A stretch of DNA of 64,000 bases from Methanobacteriota archaeon (GCA_963769885.1 CAVYNH010000007.1:160001-224000), one strand, 5' to 3'. Shown: positions 19,463 to 29,696, counted from the stretch's first letter. Program-made: numbers and translations. Notes: generated from the sequence alone by a model not told the origin.

Positions 19463-19481
19463 CAAATCCCGGCTCGGGCCT
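19463..19481. repeat. attR of element 1
   Basis: Exact copy of 6622-6640. Confidence 0.92.
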
Positions 19482-19582
19482 TTACGTTATTGGTGCAAAG
19501 CCCGAACATTTAACACTGGCCGCAGGGTGTTTTCGTGTGTCTATAGGGATACCGCGTCACTGCTTGACCGCTAGATGTTGTT

Positions 19583-19798
19583 CTAACGATTTGCATCAAA
19601 TAATTGGTTAACAAATTTACAACCACGATTATTTGAAGGGTTATAAAAGCACATCTTGATTGATTCCTCCTTTGAAAATTTTAAACATCCCCAACATTGA
19701 CTAAATAATCGCACTTTATGCTCATCTCTATACTTTTTACATAATTTGATTGCTTCCTCTAAAGAAATTGGATTATTATCCGTCATGGTGAAACTCAT
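19583..19798 (-). CDS. Small Cys-rich AT-rich protein
   Basis: QCWGC..C..RGC; fills an AT-rich island. Confidence 0.65.
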   Translation of the reverse strand: MSFTMTDNNPISLEEAIKLCKKYRDEHKVRLFSQCWGCLKFSKEESIKMCFYNPSNNRGCKFVNQLFDANR

Positions 19799-19837
19799 CT
19801 ATTTTTGATATTTAATTCTAATTTTATTCTTATCAGT

Positions 19838-20530
19838 AGCGGCCGGGAATACTGCGTGGTCTGAACCGCAGTGAAGACCCGCAGATGAGAGGCCGCTCGT
19901 CGTCTTTTTCTCACAACACTCGTTACATTTTTTGTCGCGGCGGGCAGGCGTCCGCCTGCCCCTTTACCGCGCGACAGGAGTACAAAAACTTATGGAGAGT
20001 GTATCGAGCGGCAGCTCTAAAAAGGTTGCGGGTGACACCCGCAACAACTGGGTGACCATAATGTTCCCGACACACAAAAGGTACCGGAACTTCCGAAAAC
20101 AAAGCCACATCGACACCTGCACCCAGACGTTCCACAACCTGGAACGCCTTGGGTTCGAGTTCGGCGAATTCGGATTCGCCGAAACCCATGTACATCTCCA
20201 GGTCAACGTTCCCAAGCGGTACTCCATTGAAACCGCTGAGATTATTCTCAAGTCTTACACCTCCCGGAGAATGTTCCAGGCTCACCCCGGGTTCCACAAA
20301 CGCTACCCCCGCGGGGGATTCTGGAGCGGGTACGAGCACCACGAGTCCACCGGATTGACCAGCCTTGATGAATCCTCAGCCTACCTACGCGATCAGCAAC
20401 ACCATCACAACGTGACCATCATCGACGACCGACAACAACGCCTGACCGCCGAGTGAGATACGGCAATGCCCAAGAGGGCTTGCCGAGGAACGAAGGCGGA
20501 ACGGGGTCATAGGGGCGCAGCCCCTATTTC
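19838..20530 (+). mobile_element. IS200-like element (tnpA only); ends approximate
   Basis: Y1 transposase flanked by GC-rich hairpins near 19845-19875, 19933-19976, 20461-20485 and 20509-20527. Confidence 0.7.
19992..20456 (+). CDS. tnpA: IS200/IS605 TnpA Y1 (HUH) transposase
   Basis: KRYR, HVHL, LKSYTSR, FWS, YLRDQ motifs. Confidence 0.88.
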   Translation: MESVSSGSSKKVAGDTRNNWVTIMFPTHKRYRNFRKQSHIDTCTQTFHNLERLGFEFGEFGFAETHVHLQVNVPKRYSIETAEIILKSYTSRRMFQAHPGFHKRYPRGGFWSGYEHHESTGLTSLDESSAYLRDQQHHHNVTIIDDRQQRLTAE

Positions 20531-20718
20531 ATCATATCATGTAAATGAATCCAATGGATAGTAATCTTAACCTGTTTTGTTAAGGGAAGAAGACAAAATG
20601 CGCTGTGCTATTCTGGTCTTCTTGTTTATATATTTGCGGAGGCATCCAACGAATTTTCTCAAGGATGTCGACATGCTTATTAAACCAGGGGGTGTTCAGT
20701 GCTTATTTATGGTGAGTC

Positions 20719-21375
20719 ATGGAGATCGTCCCTGGCATCCATTGGGTCGAAGGCGTGAATGGGAACGTCTACGTTCTGACTGAACCTGAGCTGACATTGG
20801 TTGATACCGGGCTTCCGCACCATGCTAAGAGAATCCTTACCTACGTGACCGACGAACTCCATCGGAAACCAAGCGAGTTAACGACGATTATTCTCACGCA
20901 TTATCACATCGACCATATCGCGAACGCGGAGGAGCTCCGGCAGCTCACTGGCGCGAAGATTGCAGTCCACCAGGATGACGCCGACTATATCGAAGGGAAA
21001 AAACCCCTTCCGCACCCGAAGAATCTCCTGTTCCGACTCGCGACTTCCTTCATGCGCGTCCGTCCGTTTCATGTTGATATTCGCCTCCAGGATGCCAGCG
21101 TCGTCGCTGGGTGCACCGTCGTTCATCTTCCCGGTCATACCCCCGGCAGCATCGCCCTTTTCGTGCCACAACAGTCTACCCTGCTCTGCGGCGACACGGT
21201 ACGCTCACCTCATGGGAGCCTCAAGGCTCCCTCCCCGCAGTTCTCGTTCGATTATGAACAGGCGCTGCAGTCGGTCCAGAGGATCAAGACGCTTGAATTC
21301 GATGTCCTTCTCAGCGGGCATGGAAAGCCGGTGCGCCCGCAAGCCTCCGTTAAGGTACGGTCGGCGTTCCCCTAA
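20719..21375 (+). CDS. MBL-fold metallo-hydrolase
   Basis: THYHIDH, PGHTPG, GD, SGHG. Confidence 0.92.
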   Translation: MEIVPGIHWVEGVNGNVYVLTEPELTLVDTGLPHHAKRILTYVTDELHRKPSELTTIILTHYHIDHIANAEELRQLTGAKIAVHQDDADYIEGKKPLPHPKNLLFRLATSFMRVRPFHVDIRLQDASVVAGCTVVHLPGHTPGSIALFVPQQSTLLCGDTVRSPHGSLKAPSPQFSFDYEQALQSVQRIKTLEFDVLLSGHGKPVRPQASVKVRSAFP

Positions 21376-21516
21376 TTGAACATCACCTGCTGCAGTACCA
21401 ATGATCCTATGGTATGGGCGCCGCGCATCCAAGATATTTAAATAACGGACCCTATACACTCAAGGCTCCTGAGACCTGACCTTCACTCCTTTCGCGATAA
21501 TATAGGAGGTGAAACC

Positions 21517-21792
21517 ATTCCCGAAACAAAAAATGAGGGCAAAGAATCTATCGTACTATATGCGTTAAGCACCTGCATTTGGTGTCGGAAAACGAAGCAG
21601 CTGCTCAATAGTCTTGGGGTCAAGTACCTCATCGTTGATGTCGATTTACTGGAGGGACCTGCCCGTGATCGAGCGGAAGACGAAGTCCACAAGTACAATC
21701 CTCAAGGTACATTCCCTACCCTCGTCATCAACGCGAAGCAGTGCATCAGGGGATATCAAGAGGACGAAATACGGAAGGTCTTTGCGAATTGA
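21517..21792 (+). CDS. Glutaredoxin (CIWC), absent from ORF track; probable ATT start
   Basis: Manual translation IPETKNEGKESIVLYALSTCIWCRKTK...TFPTLVIN..CIRGY; AGGAGGTGA SD just upstream. Confidence 0.85.
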   Translation: MPETKNEGKESIVLYALSTCIWCRKTKQLLNSLGVKYLIVDVDLLEGPARDRAEDEVHKYNPQGTFPTLVINAKQCIRGYQEDEIRKVFAN

Positions 21793-22310
21793 CCATAGTC
21801 CCGCCATCGAATGAACAGGTTGCCGCCGCCTACCAGCGGTACAAAAAAGACGCCGAGGCCAGCGGGTACAACCTCAACCCTGATGTCGAGTTCACGACAG
21901 CGTTGGTCGTGAGCTTGCTGGTGAACCAGCGGCGATACGGGTACCCCGCCTGTCCATGTCGGCTTGCTGCGGGGACAAAACAGGAGGATGTCGACATCAT
22001 TTGCCCCTGCGATTATCGCGACGCGGACCTCACGACGTATGGGGCATGCTACTGCGGGTTCTATGTCTCTCAGGCGGTGTTGAACGGGGAGGCATCGCTT
22101 CACCCCATTCCGGAACGACGACCATCACAAAGGGAGGACCGCCCTCAATTCCAGCGTTCGACGTCTCTGTTTCGTCTGGGGAAACCGGTGTGGCGCTGTC
22201 GGGTCTGCGGCTATCTGTGCGCTCGGGACGATCCCCCGGATATCTGCCCGATTTGCAAGGCGAAAAAAGACCGCTTTGAGTTGTTCATTGCTTCCAAGGG
22301 TTCACCGTAG
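21789..22310 (+). CDS. Ferredoxin:thioredoxin reductase catalytic domain fused to rubredoxin-like domain
   Basis: CPCR, CPC, CYC and WRCRVCG..CPIC; TTG start overlaps glutaredoxin stop. Confidence 0.88.
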   Translation: MTIVPPSNEQVAAAYQRYKKDAEASGYNLNPDVEFTTALVVSLLVNQRRYGYPACPCRLAAGTKQEDVDIICPCDYRDADLTTYGACYCGFYVSQAVLNGEASLHPIPERRPSQREDRPQFQRSTSLFRLGKPVWRCRVCGYLCARDDPPDICPICKAKKDRFELFIASKGSP

Positions 22311-22435
22311 ACACCATCGGCTGGGTTGAGCCGAGGTTTTCCTCACTGTCGCCTATCGGCGCATATTCTATTCACTAGCGTTAAACGATAACGGTTATAA
22401 AGGACAGAAAGCTTACCTGTACATTGGAGAGACAC

Positions 22436-22729
22436 ATGGCTGTGCATAGGCACCTCCTCGAAATCGAAGGTCAGCGGGGCATCCTGCAGATCCTCCTCGT
22501 CCTCAAGGAGAACGGCGACACGCTGTACGCCAACCTCTACAACAACCCCTCCGTCATCAACATCAGCAATAACGTGACCGCCAAGCGCGCCTTGGACATC
22601 CTTCTCAAGCATGAGCTGATCCGCCAGCGACGAGAGAAAGGCAAGCGAGCCATCTACTACTGCCTCACCGACAAGGGCAAGAAATTCACCAGTCACGTCT
22701 GCGTCATGCAGCGGATCCTCACCGAGTAG
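22436..22729 (+). CDS. Winged-helix regulator (HxlR/MarR-like)
   Basis: YCLTDKG wing motif. Confidence 0.7.
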   Translation: MAVHRHLLEIEGQRGILQILLVLKENGDTLYANLYNNPSVINISNNVTAKRALDILLKHELIRQRREKGKRAIYYCLTDKGKKFTSHVCVMQRILTE

Positions 22730-22736
22730 GTCGGGC

Positions 22737-23147
22737 ATGGAGCGGTCCAGCGGCGGCGTAATCCGACACGCCGACCACTACCTCGTCCTGCAGTACGACC
22801 TCGGCCATTGGGGCTTCGTCAAAGGCCACATCGAGGCAAACGAGACTCCCGTCAACGCCTTCCTGAGGGAAGCATATGAAGAAACTGGCCTGACGGTGCA
22901 GGACCTCATCATCATCCCGGACTTCCACGAAAAGATCCATTATTTTTACAAGAAAGGCAGCCAGACTATCTTCAAAGAAGTCCAATATTTCCTTGCGGAC
23001 TCCCGCTCTCGGACCATCGCCCTCTCCTTTGAGCATAAGACCTACCTCTGGCTCCCGTTCATGGAGGCTATCAAGACCATCACCTTCCCTGAAGACCGGG
23101 AAATCCTCGAGAAGGCACACGCCTTCCTCTACCGAGCGAAGAAATAG
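22737..23147 (+). CDS. NUDIX hydrolase (Ap4A hydrolase-like)
   Basis: HWGFVKG..E..AFLREAYEETGL, LSFEH. Confidence 0.88.
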   Translation: MERSSGGVIRHADHYLVLQYDLGHWGFVKGHIEANETPVNAFLREAYEETGLTVQDLIIIPDFHEKIHYFYKKGSQTIFKEVQYFLADSRSRTIALSFEHKTYLWLPFMEAIKTITFPEDREILEKAHAFLYRAKK

Positions 23148-23359
23148 AGATAGTCCCAGACGTCCACATCCTCCCCCGATCGCTACCTAAAGGACTTACG
23201 GGCCCCTTCGATAATCACCCGCGCCACGTCGCTTGGATTCGCGCCGCTAAGCCCCATCATTCTCGTCTCCGTCCTTAGGCTATATAACGATGATTCAACA
23301 ATGATTTAAACAAGAAACACAATCTATTTGAGACGTCTTCTTTTTCTCTCGTCTTGCGT

Positions 23360-24475
23360 ATGGTGCTTTCTCCTAAGGCAAAGCGGGTTTCTCTGCAAGT
23401 ACTGAATAAGTATTGTCGGAAAGGGAACATGGCGCGCAGTCTTCGCGACTTCCTGCCGTCCGCCGGCCTTTCAAGGGAGGAGCGGCGAGATGTTGCTGAT
23501 CTCATGCATCGGGTGGTGCGGTGGAAGAAATTGTACGCCTATCTTGCGGAGAGGGCCGGAATAGATCTAACCCCCCAAACACTACTCGCCTATTCGGAGG
23601 AGAATGCACCGGCCAGTGACAACGCTCTTCCCATGGAGTATCGGAATTCGTGCTCGTCGTATGTTGCCGGGCTTTTCAAGGAGCACCCGGGGTGGGCTGA
23701 GTATCTTAATTCTGATCCTCCTACGACTTTATGCGTCAATCAGATTTTGACGACGCGAGAGGCGGTCAAGGTGAGACTTGTTGGAGAACAGCTCTCGGTC
23801 CGTGACGGTACGCTGCCGACGGCTCTCCTCTCAGATTCTTCTGAAGTGAAGGATGCTGCTGTGCTTCAGGAGAAGCTTGTACATGTTCTTGACGAGAGCA
23901 GTCAGTTGGTCTCCTTGCTTGCGGTAAGCCTTGGGGATCGAGTCTTTGATTATTGTGCAGGGAATGGCGGGAAGACGCTAGCTATGGCGTCTCTTTCAAG
24001 GAATTCAAGGCTGCTTTTTGCCTATGAGACTGATGAGTCGCGGTTGGCCACACTGCGACGTCGGCTCGAGGAGTACCAAGCCGTGGTTAGGACTGAAACG
24101 ATGCCGCCGACTGATTCCATGGATGTTGTCCTCCTTGATGCTCCCTGCACGGGGCTTGGTGCGGCTCGACGGAATCCAGAAGCAAAGTACATCGAGAGTC
24201 CCGGTGATTTTCCTCGGGTTCAGGCGTCGATTCTTCGGGAGTCGATGAGATTCGTCAGGCCTCAGGGGTTTCTGGTGTACGTGGTCTGCACGATTACGCC
24301 GGAGGAAACCTCGGATGTGATTTCTTCGTTCGTCAAGGAGGCGCCCTTCAAGATTTCAAAACCTCCCTCTTCACTTGCCTCTTCTTTTGAACCAACTGTT
24401 AATGGGTATTTTACACGGATTCCGCAGGGTGACTTGTTTTTTGTCAGCATCCTTCAGAGAAAAATTACAGGTTAG
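23360..24475 (+). CDS. RsmB/NOP2 RNA m5C methyltransferase
   Basis: DYCAGNGGKT, DAPCTG, YVVCT. Confidence 0.88.
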   Translation: MVLSPKAKRVSLQVLNKYCRKGNMARSLRDFLPSAGLSREERRDVADLMHRVVRWKKLYAYLAERAGIDLTPQTLLAYSEENAPASDNALPMEYRNSCSSYVAGLFKEHPGWAEYLNSDPPTTLCVNQILTTREAVKVRLVGEQLSVRDGTLPTALLSDSSEVKDAAVLQEKLVHVLDESSQLVSLLAVSLGDRVFDYCAGNGGKTLAMASLSRNSRLLFAYETDESRLATLRRRLEEYQAVVRTETMPPTDSMDVVLLDAPCTGLGAARRNPEAKYIESPGDFPRVQASILRESMRFVRPQGFLVYVVCTITPEETSDVISSFVKEAPFKISKPPSSLASSFEPTVNGYFTRIPQGDLFFVSILQRKITG

Positions 24476-24632
24476 TTAAAAACGGGAGGAAGGAATGGGG
24501 AAAACATGAAGAGGCAGCTGGGATGTTAAGCGCGGATTCCCTTCCTCACCAAGGTTCTATTTCTTCATGAAGCTATTTATAGGTTCAGGGGAAATATGGC
24601 AGAATGCCGATTTTACCATCGCGTTGTCAGGG

Positions 24633-25931
24633 TCACATCTTATACATGACCAGCCCGGAGAGCATCTTGGGCAGGAAGTACGTCGATTTCTGCGGCATGA
24701 CTTCTTGGGCGTCGGCAATCGCCTTCAGCTGTTCGATTCTCGTGGCGTTAAGGAAGAAGGAGAAGTCGTATCTCCCGTCGTCGACGAGCTGGACCGCTTC
24801 GGCGTCGACGCGGGTGTATTTGACGTGGTCTTCGATGTTTTTTTCCGTGATGCCGAGGATCTCTTCGAGGATGAGCTTGTGGAGGATGGAGACGTCCAGG
24901 GTCCGCCAGGTTTTTAAGTGCTCGGAGGCGATCTTATCCATGACTCCTTCATCGTTAAGCGTCAGGATCCAGTACCCATTTCGGGTGTAGAGCCCAAACT
25001 TATGCTGGGACGTCGTGGCCAGGGCAGCCATCGCAGCGGCACCCCGTTCCTCAGCGGTTTTTTTCCCAGTGAGCGATGTTTTTTCTATCGTGAAGTATTT
25101 TCCGAGGCGTTCCTCAAGTTCTGCGAAGTCGGCGTCTGGTAAGGTGATGAGCCGGTGTGTCGGGAGGATTGAAAGGCCGGGGTCGAACATGTTGCAGAGG
25201 ACGACCATGATATAATTGTAGGGTGCATTCGGGTCTGGAGTCTTCCCCTGTGGCTGTTCCGTTGCATAATTGATTGAGGTTTGGTACCGGTGGTGGCCAT
25301 CGGCGATGAAGAGAATCTTGTCTTTGAGGGCGTTGACGGTGGCGGTAACGGCGGCGGGGTCGTCGAGCTTCCAGAGGGTGTGGGTGAATCCGTCGTAGCC
25401 TTTGACCTGGATTTGCGGGGCGCCGCGTGCCTTGTCGATGGTTTTACGGATGGTGTCGTGTTGGTCCATGTACATGAGTTGGATGGGTTCGAGGTTGGCT
25501 TTGCAGGCGCGCAGGAGGTTGAGGCGGTCGACCTTGGGTTTAGAAAGGGTTTTTTCATGGGCTTTGACGGTCTTGTAGTCTGGGTCGAGGTGCAGGAGGA
25601 TGAAGAAGCCATGCATCTGTTCTTTCTGTCCTTTGGTGGTGTAGTCGACTTGGTAGGGGTAGATGGCGGGGGTGGTGGTGGAGGTGAGAATCTGGTGTTG
25701 TTGCCAATCGTCGAAGAGGGTTTTGGCGCGGGTGTAGCGGTTGTCTGTATCGGTGTCGGTGGGCTGGATTTTGTTGAGGATGAGTCGGACGAAGTTGCGG
25801 GGGTCTTGGTCGTAGAGGTGCTGTTGCATCGTGTCTGAGATGATGTCGTAGGGGGGTGACATGACGGCGTCGAGGTTTTTGATCTTGGTTGTGTTATATT
25901 GGACACCTTTGAAGGGGGCGACATGAACCAT
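24633..25931 (-). CDS. DUF1015 family protein
   Basis: PPYDII, HEKT, IADGHHRY, PTHR, MPQKSTYF.PK. Confidence 0.9.
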   Translation of the reverse strand: MVHVAPFKGVQYNTTKIKNLDAVMSPPYDIISDTMQQHLYDQDPRNFVRLILNKIQPTDTDTDNRYTRAKTLFDDWQQHQILTSTTTPAIYPYQVDYTTKGQKEQMHGFFILLHLDPDYKTVKAHEKTLSKPKVDRLNLLRACKANLEPIQLMYMDQHDTIRKTIDKARGAPQIQVKGYDGFTHTLWKLDDPAAVTATVNALKDKILFIADGHHRYQTSINYATEQPQGKTPDPNAPYNYIMVVLCNMFDPGLSILPTHRLITLPDADFAELEERLGKYFTIEKTSLTGKKTAEERGAAAMAALATTSQHKFGLYTRNGYWILTLNDEGVMDKIASEHLKTWRTLDVSILHKLILEEILGITEKNIEDHVKYTRVDAEAVQLVDDGRYDFSFFLNATRIEQLKAIADAQEVMPQKSTYFLPKMLSGLVMYKM

Positions 25932-26179
25932 ATGATGGGGCCTCCGGTTCTCCCGTAGCTGGTGTCTTTTTAAAAATGTTCTCTTTTGCCGAGGAGAGTA
26001 GAATCTTGGTGTCCTCTTATTGTGTAGAAGAAACGTTGTTTTCCCGGAGCATTTTTTTTCATCTCACACCAAGGGATGGCCGATGCAGAGGCTGTGATTC
26101 GAATGCGGTCAGGGCCAAAGATGAAGTCGCCGGTCTGAATCTCAAATCGTCATAGGGAAACATTTTAACAGGAAGCTGT

Positions 26180-27358
26180 ATGTCCAAGCCGAGAAACAGA
26201 ATGGATCGACCCACAAACTCCCTGGAAGACTATTCCTTATGCGACGCGTGTTCTCAAAGGCTGACAAAGTTCCAACAGGATAAAAACATCTCGATTCAGA
26301 TTGTTCCCCTGAAGGAATGCTGGCTCTGCCAAGGGCTCTTGTCTGAGATCCCTCATTTCGCAGATCTCATTGAATCAGCACTGAGAGAGTTCGAGTATGG
26401 GTCTTTTCTCATCGGCTCCAAGGTTGATGACAACCTCGCCTCGCGGGAAGAGCTCCTGTGGCAGCATCTCGGCATCCAAGGCGAACCGATCAAGATGCAG
26501 CTGAACCGGGAGATCGGCAAACTCCTCGAACCACGACTTGGGAAACCAGTGGATTTTGAGCATCCGGATATCGTTGCCATGATTGATACCAGCTTTGATG
26601 TTGTGTCTCTCCAGATCAGCTCTGTGTACATTTACGGTCGCTACCGGAAACTCGCCCGTGGTATTCCGCAGACGAAATGGCCGTGTCGGATCTGTAATGG
26701 GAAAGGCTGCCGGTCCTGCGGGTTCAAAGGAAAACTCTATGAGACCAGCGTGGAAGAGCTCATCGCGGGCCCGCTCCTCGCCGCGGCTCAGGGCACTGAA
26801 CATGCTATGCATGGCTGTGGCCGGGAGGATATCGACGCCCGGATGCTCGGCACCGGACGCCCCTTCGTTGTAGAAATCAAAAACCCGAAAGTCCGCAACT
26901 TAGACCTCTTGGAGCTCTCCCGAGTGATTAACAAGTCGGCTGTAGGTCAGATAGAGGCCTTGGAGCTGCGGTTTACGAAGAAAGATGACGTGGAGCGGTT
27001 GAAGAGCGCGGAGTTCCGGAAAGTCTATCAAGTGCTGGTGGAAACGCAACAGGCGATTCCGAAAGAAAGGTTTATAAAGACGGTACAGGGATTACGGGGT
27101 GCAACCATTCAACAGTATACACCGACCAGAGTTGCTCATCGGCGAGCTCATAAGGTTAGAGTTCGCACGATATACAATTGCAGTGTTGAATCGGTAGCGG
27201 ATACCAGAGCACATCTGACGATTGAGACAGAGTCTGGCACCTATATCAAGGAGTTCGTCTCGGGCGACGGCGGGAAAACACAGCCGAACCTCAGCGACTT
27301 GCTCGGCACACCGTGTGTCGTCCGGGAACTTGACGTCATCGACGTCAAGGGGGAATAG
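26180..27358 (+). CDS. pus10: tRNA pseudouridine 54/55 synthase
   Basis: GRYRKLARGIPQTKW, GREDIDARMLG, TPTRV, GTYIKE. Confidence 0.95.
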   Translation: MSKPRNRMDRPTNSLEDYSLCDACSQRLTKFQQDKNISIQIVPLKECWLCQGLLSEIPHFADLIESALREFEYGSFLIGSKVDDNLASREELLWQHLGIQGEPIKMQLNREIGKLLEPRLGKPVDFEHPDIVAMIDTSFDVVSLQISSVYIYGRYRKLARGIPQTKWPCRICNGKGCRSCGFKGKLYETSVEELIAGPLLAAAQGTEHAMHGCGREDIDARMLGTGRPFVVEIKNPKVRNLDLLELSRVINKSAVGQIEALELRFTKKDDVERLKSAEFRKVYQVLVETQQAIPKERFIKTVQGLRGATIQQYTPTRVAHRRAHKVRVRTIYNCSVESVADTRAHLTIETESGTYIKEFVSGDGGKTQPNLSDLLGTPCVVRELDVIDVKGE

Positions 27359-27361
27359 CCC

Positions 27362-27655
27362 ATGGTCATACGATCGAAAGGAACGCGAAACAAGAGTCGG
27401 TACATCATGCGAAAGAAGCCGCGGGCCCGCGGCATCTCGGCCATCACCCGCGCGCTGCAGACCTTCCAAATCGGCGATAGCGTTGCTATCACGATAGACT
27501 CAGCCGTGCATAAGGGTATGCCCCATCACCGGTTCCAGGGGTTCACTGGGAAGGTCGAGGGCATGCAGGGGAACGCGTACCTAGTCGGCGTGGTCGTCGG
27601 CCACAAGCATAAGACCCTGGTCGTGCGCCCCGAGCACCTTGGGAGAGTCGTGTAA
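27362..27655 (+). CDS. rpl21e: Ribosomal protein L21e
   Basis: HKGMPHHRFQGFTG, VRPEHL. Confidence 0.95.
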   Translation: MVIRSKGTRNKSRYIMRKKPRARGISAITRALQTFQIGDSVAITIDSAVHKGMPHHRFQGFTGKVEGMQGNAYLVGVVVGHKHKTLVVRPEHLGRVV

Positions 27656-27657
27656 TC

Positions 27658-27993
27658 ATGGCCGAGGAACACGCCAAGCCCGTGTCGCTTGCCGAGGTTA
27701 AGAACATCCTGCGCAAGATCAGCAAGGAACGCAAGGAGCTCATCTACGAGCAGCGGATCGCGCTTGAGCATGCGGAGCGGTTCTCCACGTTGTCTGCGAA
27801 GCAGACCAAGGACCTGACCGCCGAGCTGTTGAAACTAGAGCATATCGAGGAGTTTCATGCTTATAAGATCGCGGACATCCTCCCGCGGACGGTGGATGAT
27901 GTGAAGGCGATCTTCGCAAAGGAACGAGTGTCTCCGAACGAGAAGGAGATTAAGGCCATCATCGAGTTGGTCAATAAGTACTCGGTTGAGTAG
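27658..27993 (+). CDS. rpoF: RNA polymerase subunit Rpo4 (F)
   Basis: YEQRIALEH, KIADILP; conserved position after rpl21e. Confidence 0.92.
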   Translation: MAEEHAKPVSLAEVKNILRKISKERKELIYEQRIALEHAERFSTLSAKQTKDLTAELLKLEHIEEFHAYKIADILPRTVDDVKAIFAKERVSPNEKEIKAIIELVNKYSVE

Positions 27994-28017
27994 GACACAG
28001 AGCGAGAGGGTGAGAGA

Positions 28018-28599
28018 GTGGAGGACTACGTCTATGTGTTAGATTTCTTACCGAAAGGCAGGGGAGATCTTCCACCGTTTAAGCGGACCCCGCTCGTGTA
28101 CGGCATCGGGGAGAGCCAGTTCACCTTCCTGGAGTTGATCCCGAAGCATGAGGCGACATTCACCATCGGCGAGCGGGTGTACGTCGGCAAGGAGCCCCTG
28201 CAGCGCGTCAAGATCGAGAAGATCAAGGGCCGGGTGAACTTCGACAACCTGACCGCGACCGCGCATGGCGAGCTGCCCTATGTGATTAACGACATCGTGA
28301 AGAACCAGGAGGCGCAGTTCGTGAAGTTCTTTAACGAGGCGTCCGCGATCTCCACACGCTTTCATGTCCTTGAATTACTCCCGGGTTTGGGGAAGAAGAT
28401 GATGCACCAGATTCTGGATGAGCGGAAGAAGAAGCCGTTCACGAGTTTTCAGGAGATGCAGGACCGAATCGATTTTCTGCGCTCCCCGGACAAGCTGATC
28501 TCCAAGCGCATCGAGCTGGAGCTGACAGACCCGAACCAGAAGTACCGGATTTTTACGCGGGCGCCGATCTCTCACGACTCCGAATCGTCGCATTATTGA
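28018..28599 (+). CDS. DUF655 family nucleic-acid-binding protein
   Basis: YVLDFLPKG, LELLPGLGKK, KPFTSF; conserved position. Confidence 0.9.
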   Translation: MEDYVYVLDFLPKGRGDLPPFKRTPLVYGIGESQFTFLELIPKHEATFTIGERVYVGKEPLQRVKIEKIKGRVNFDNLTATAHGELPYVINDIVKNQEAQFVKFFNEASAISTRFHVLELLPGLGKKMMHQILDERKKKPFTSFQEMQDRIDFLRSPDKLISKRIELELTDPNQKYRIFTRAPISHDSESSHY

Positions 28600-28609
28600 T
28601 AGCGGTGCC

Positions 28610-29365
28610 ATGGCATCGGCTCGTCTCGGCCAGCATTTTCTCATAGACCCTGCCGTCGCGCAGCGGGAAATCGACTACGCGCAACTGACATGGGACGATG
28701 TCGTCCTTGAAATCGGGCCAGGCACCGGTGCGCTCACCCGCCTGCTCGCCAAAGCCGCCCGGCAGGTCATCGCCATCGAGCTCGACACCGCGCTTGCGAA
28801 CCAACTTACGAAATCAATGCCCGACAACGTACAGCTTCTTCGAGGGAACGCGGTCACTGTGGACTTCGCCAGCCTCCCACAGTTCAATAAAGTCGTCGCC
28901 AACCTCCCCTTCTGGATTTCTACCGACATCACCATAAAGCTGCTTCATTGGCCAATAGAAAAGGCCGTGCTTATCTACCAATGGGAGTTCGCCCGACGGC
29001 TCGCCGCCGCCCCAGGCTCCAAACACTATGGTCGTCTGTCGGTTCTGGTCTCTTATCGAGCAACCTGCCGGCTCCTGGAACGCGTCCCCCGAACGAGCTT
29101 CAATCCACCACCCGCTGTCGACGCAGCCATCGTCGAACTCATTCCCCGGGCCATGCCGGCGTTCACCGTCCGAGACGAAGCGTTCTTCTTCGATGTCGTC
29201 CGACGCCTGTTCACCCATCGCCGCAAGAAGATCAAAACAATCCTCAAAGCGTTCACCCCAGACCTCGAAGGGCTCCCGTTCCTCGATGACCGAGTCGAAC
29301 ACCTGTCCCCGGAGCAGATCGGCCGACTTAGCGACCTCCTCCTGAAAAAAATCAGACGATCCTAG
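28610..29365 (+). CDS. ksgA: 16S rRNA dimethyladenosine transferase
   Basis: LGQHFL, EIGPGTG, ANLPF, YGRLSV. Confidence 0.93.
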   Translation: MASARLGQHFLIDPAVAQREIDYAQLTWDDVVLEIGPGTGALTRLLAKAARQVIAIELDTALANQLTKSMPDNVQLLRGNAVTVDFASLPQFNKVVANLPFWISTDITIKLLHWPIEKAVLIYQWEFARRLAAAPGSKHYGRLSVLVSYRATCRLLERVPRTSFNPPPAVDAAIVELIPRAMPAFTVRDEAFFFDVVRRLFTHRRKKIKTILKAFTPDLEGLPFLDDRVEHLSPEQIGRLSDLLLKKIRRS

Positions 29366-29390
29366 ACAAACTCCTCTTTTTCTCACGGGC

Positions 29391-29609
29391 TCAGTGCACG
29401 AGGTTCATGAGCTGCTGCTGAAGCCATGCTAGGGCACCTAACATATCAAGGACTACGAGGAATAGGATAATGAGGATGATATATAGGAAATACCGCACCG
29501 CGAACCGGATCACCAGCCAAATCACCAAAAATACCAAAATGATGAGAAACAAGAACGCCCACAGTGGGACCGTATACGAAAAGAACTCGACGGCCACAAT
29601 CCCAAGCAT
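29391..29609 (-). CDS. Small membrane protein
   Basis: Two hydrophobic helices. Confidence 0.6.
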   Translation of the reverse strand: MLGIVAVEFFSYTVPLWAFLFLIILVFLVIWLVIRFAVRYFLYIILIILFLVVLDMLGALAWLQQQLMNLVH

Positions 29610-29696
29610 ATCCCCGGAACCAATATAAACATTTGGAAAAACCATACCGCCTAACGTCCCCAAATCTCAAAAACTCCTCAACCATCTCAGTTCTCT

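Larger units (their letters stand above)
6622..19481. mobile_element. Integrated element 1 (12.8 kb), satellite-like or defective provirus at tRNA-His
   Basis: 19-bp direct repeat CAAATCCCGGCTCGGGCCT at 6622-6640 and 19463-19481; integrase, TMP, helicase and terminase genes inside. Confidence 0.92.

Noticed and set aside
6622-19481. Calling element 1 a complete provirus
   Set aside because: No recognisable portal, capsid, protease or tail tube between the att sites, and too small for an autonomous tailed virus.
19505-19590. attC-like imperfect palindrome (ATTTAAC...GCTAGAT) after the Cys-rich orphan gene
   Set aside because: Pairing and box spacing are poor, there is only one copy, and no integron integrase is present in the window.
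20457-20530. Possible TnpB-associated guide RNA at the IS right end
   Set aside because: No tnpB or iscB is present; the hairpins are adequately explained as IS end and terminator structures.
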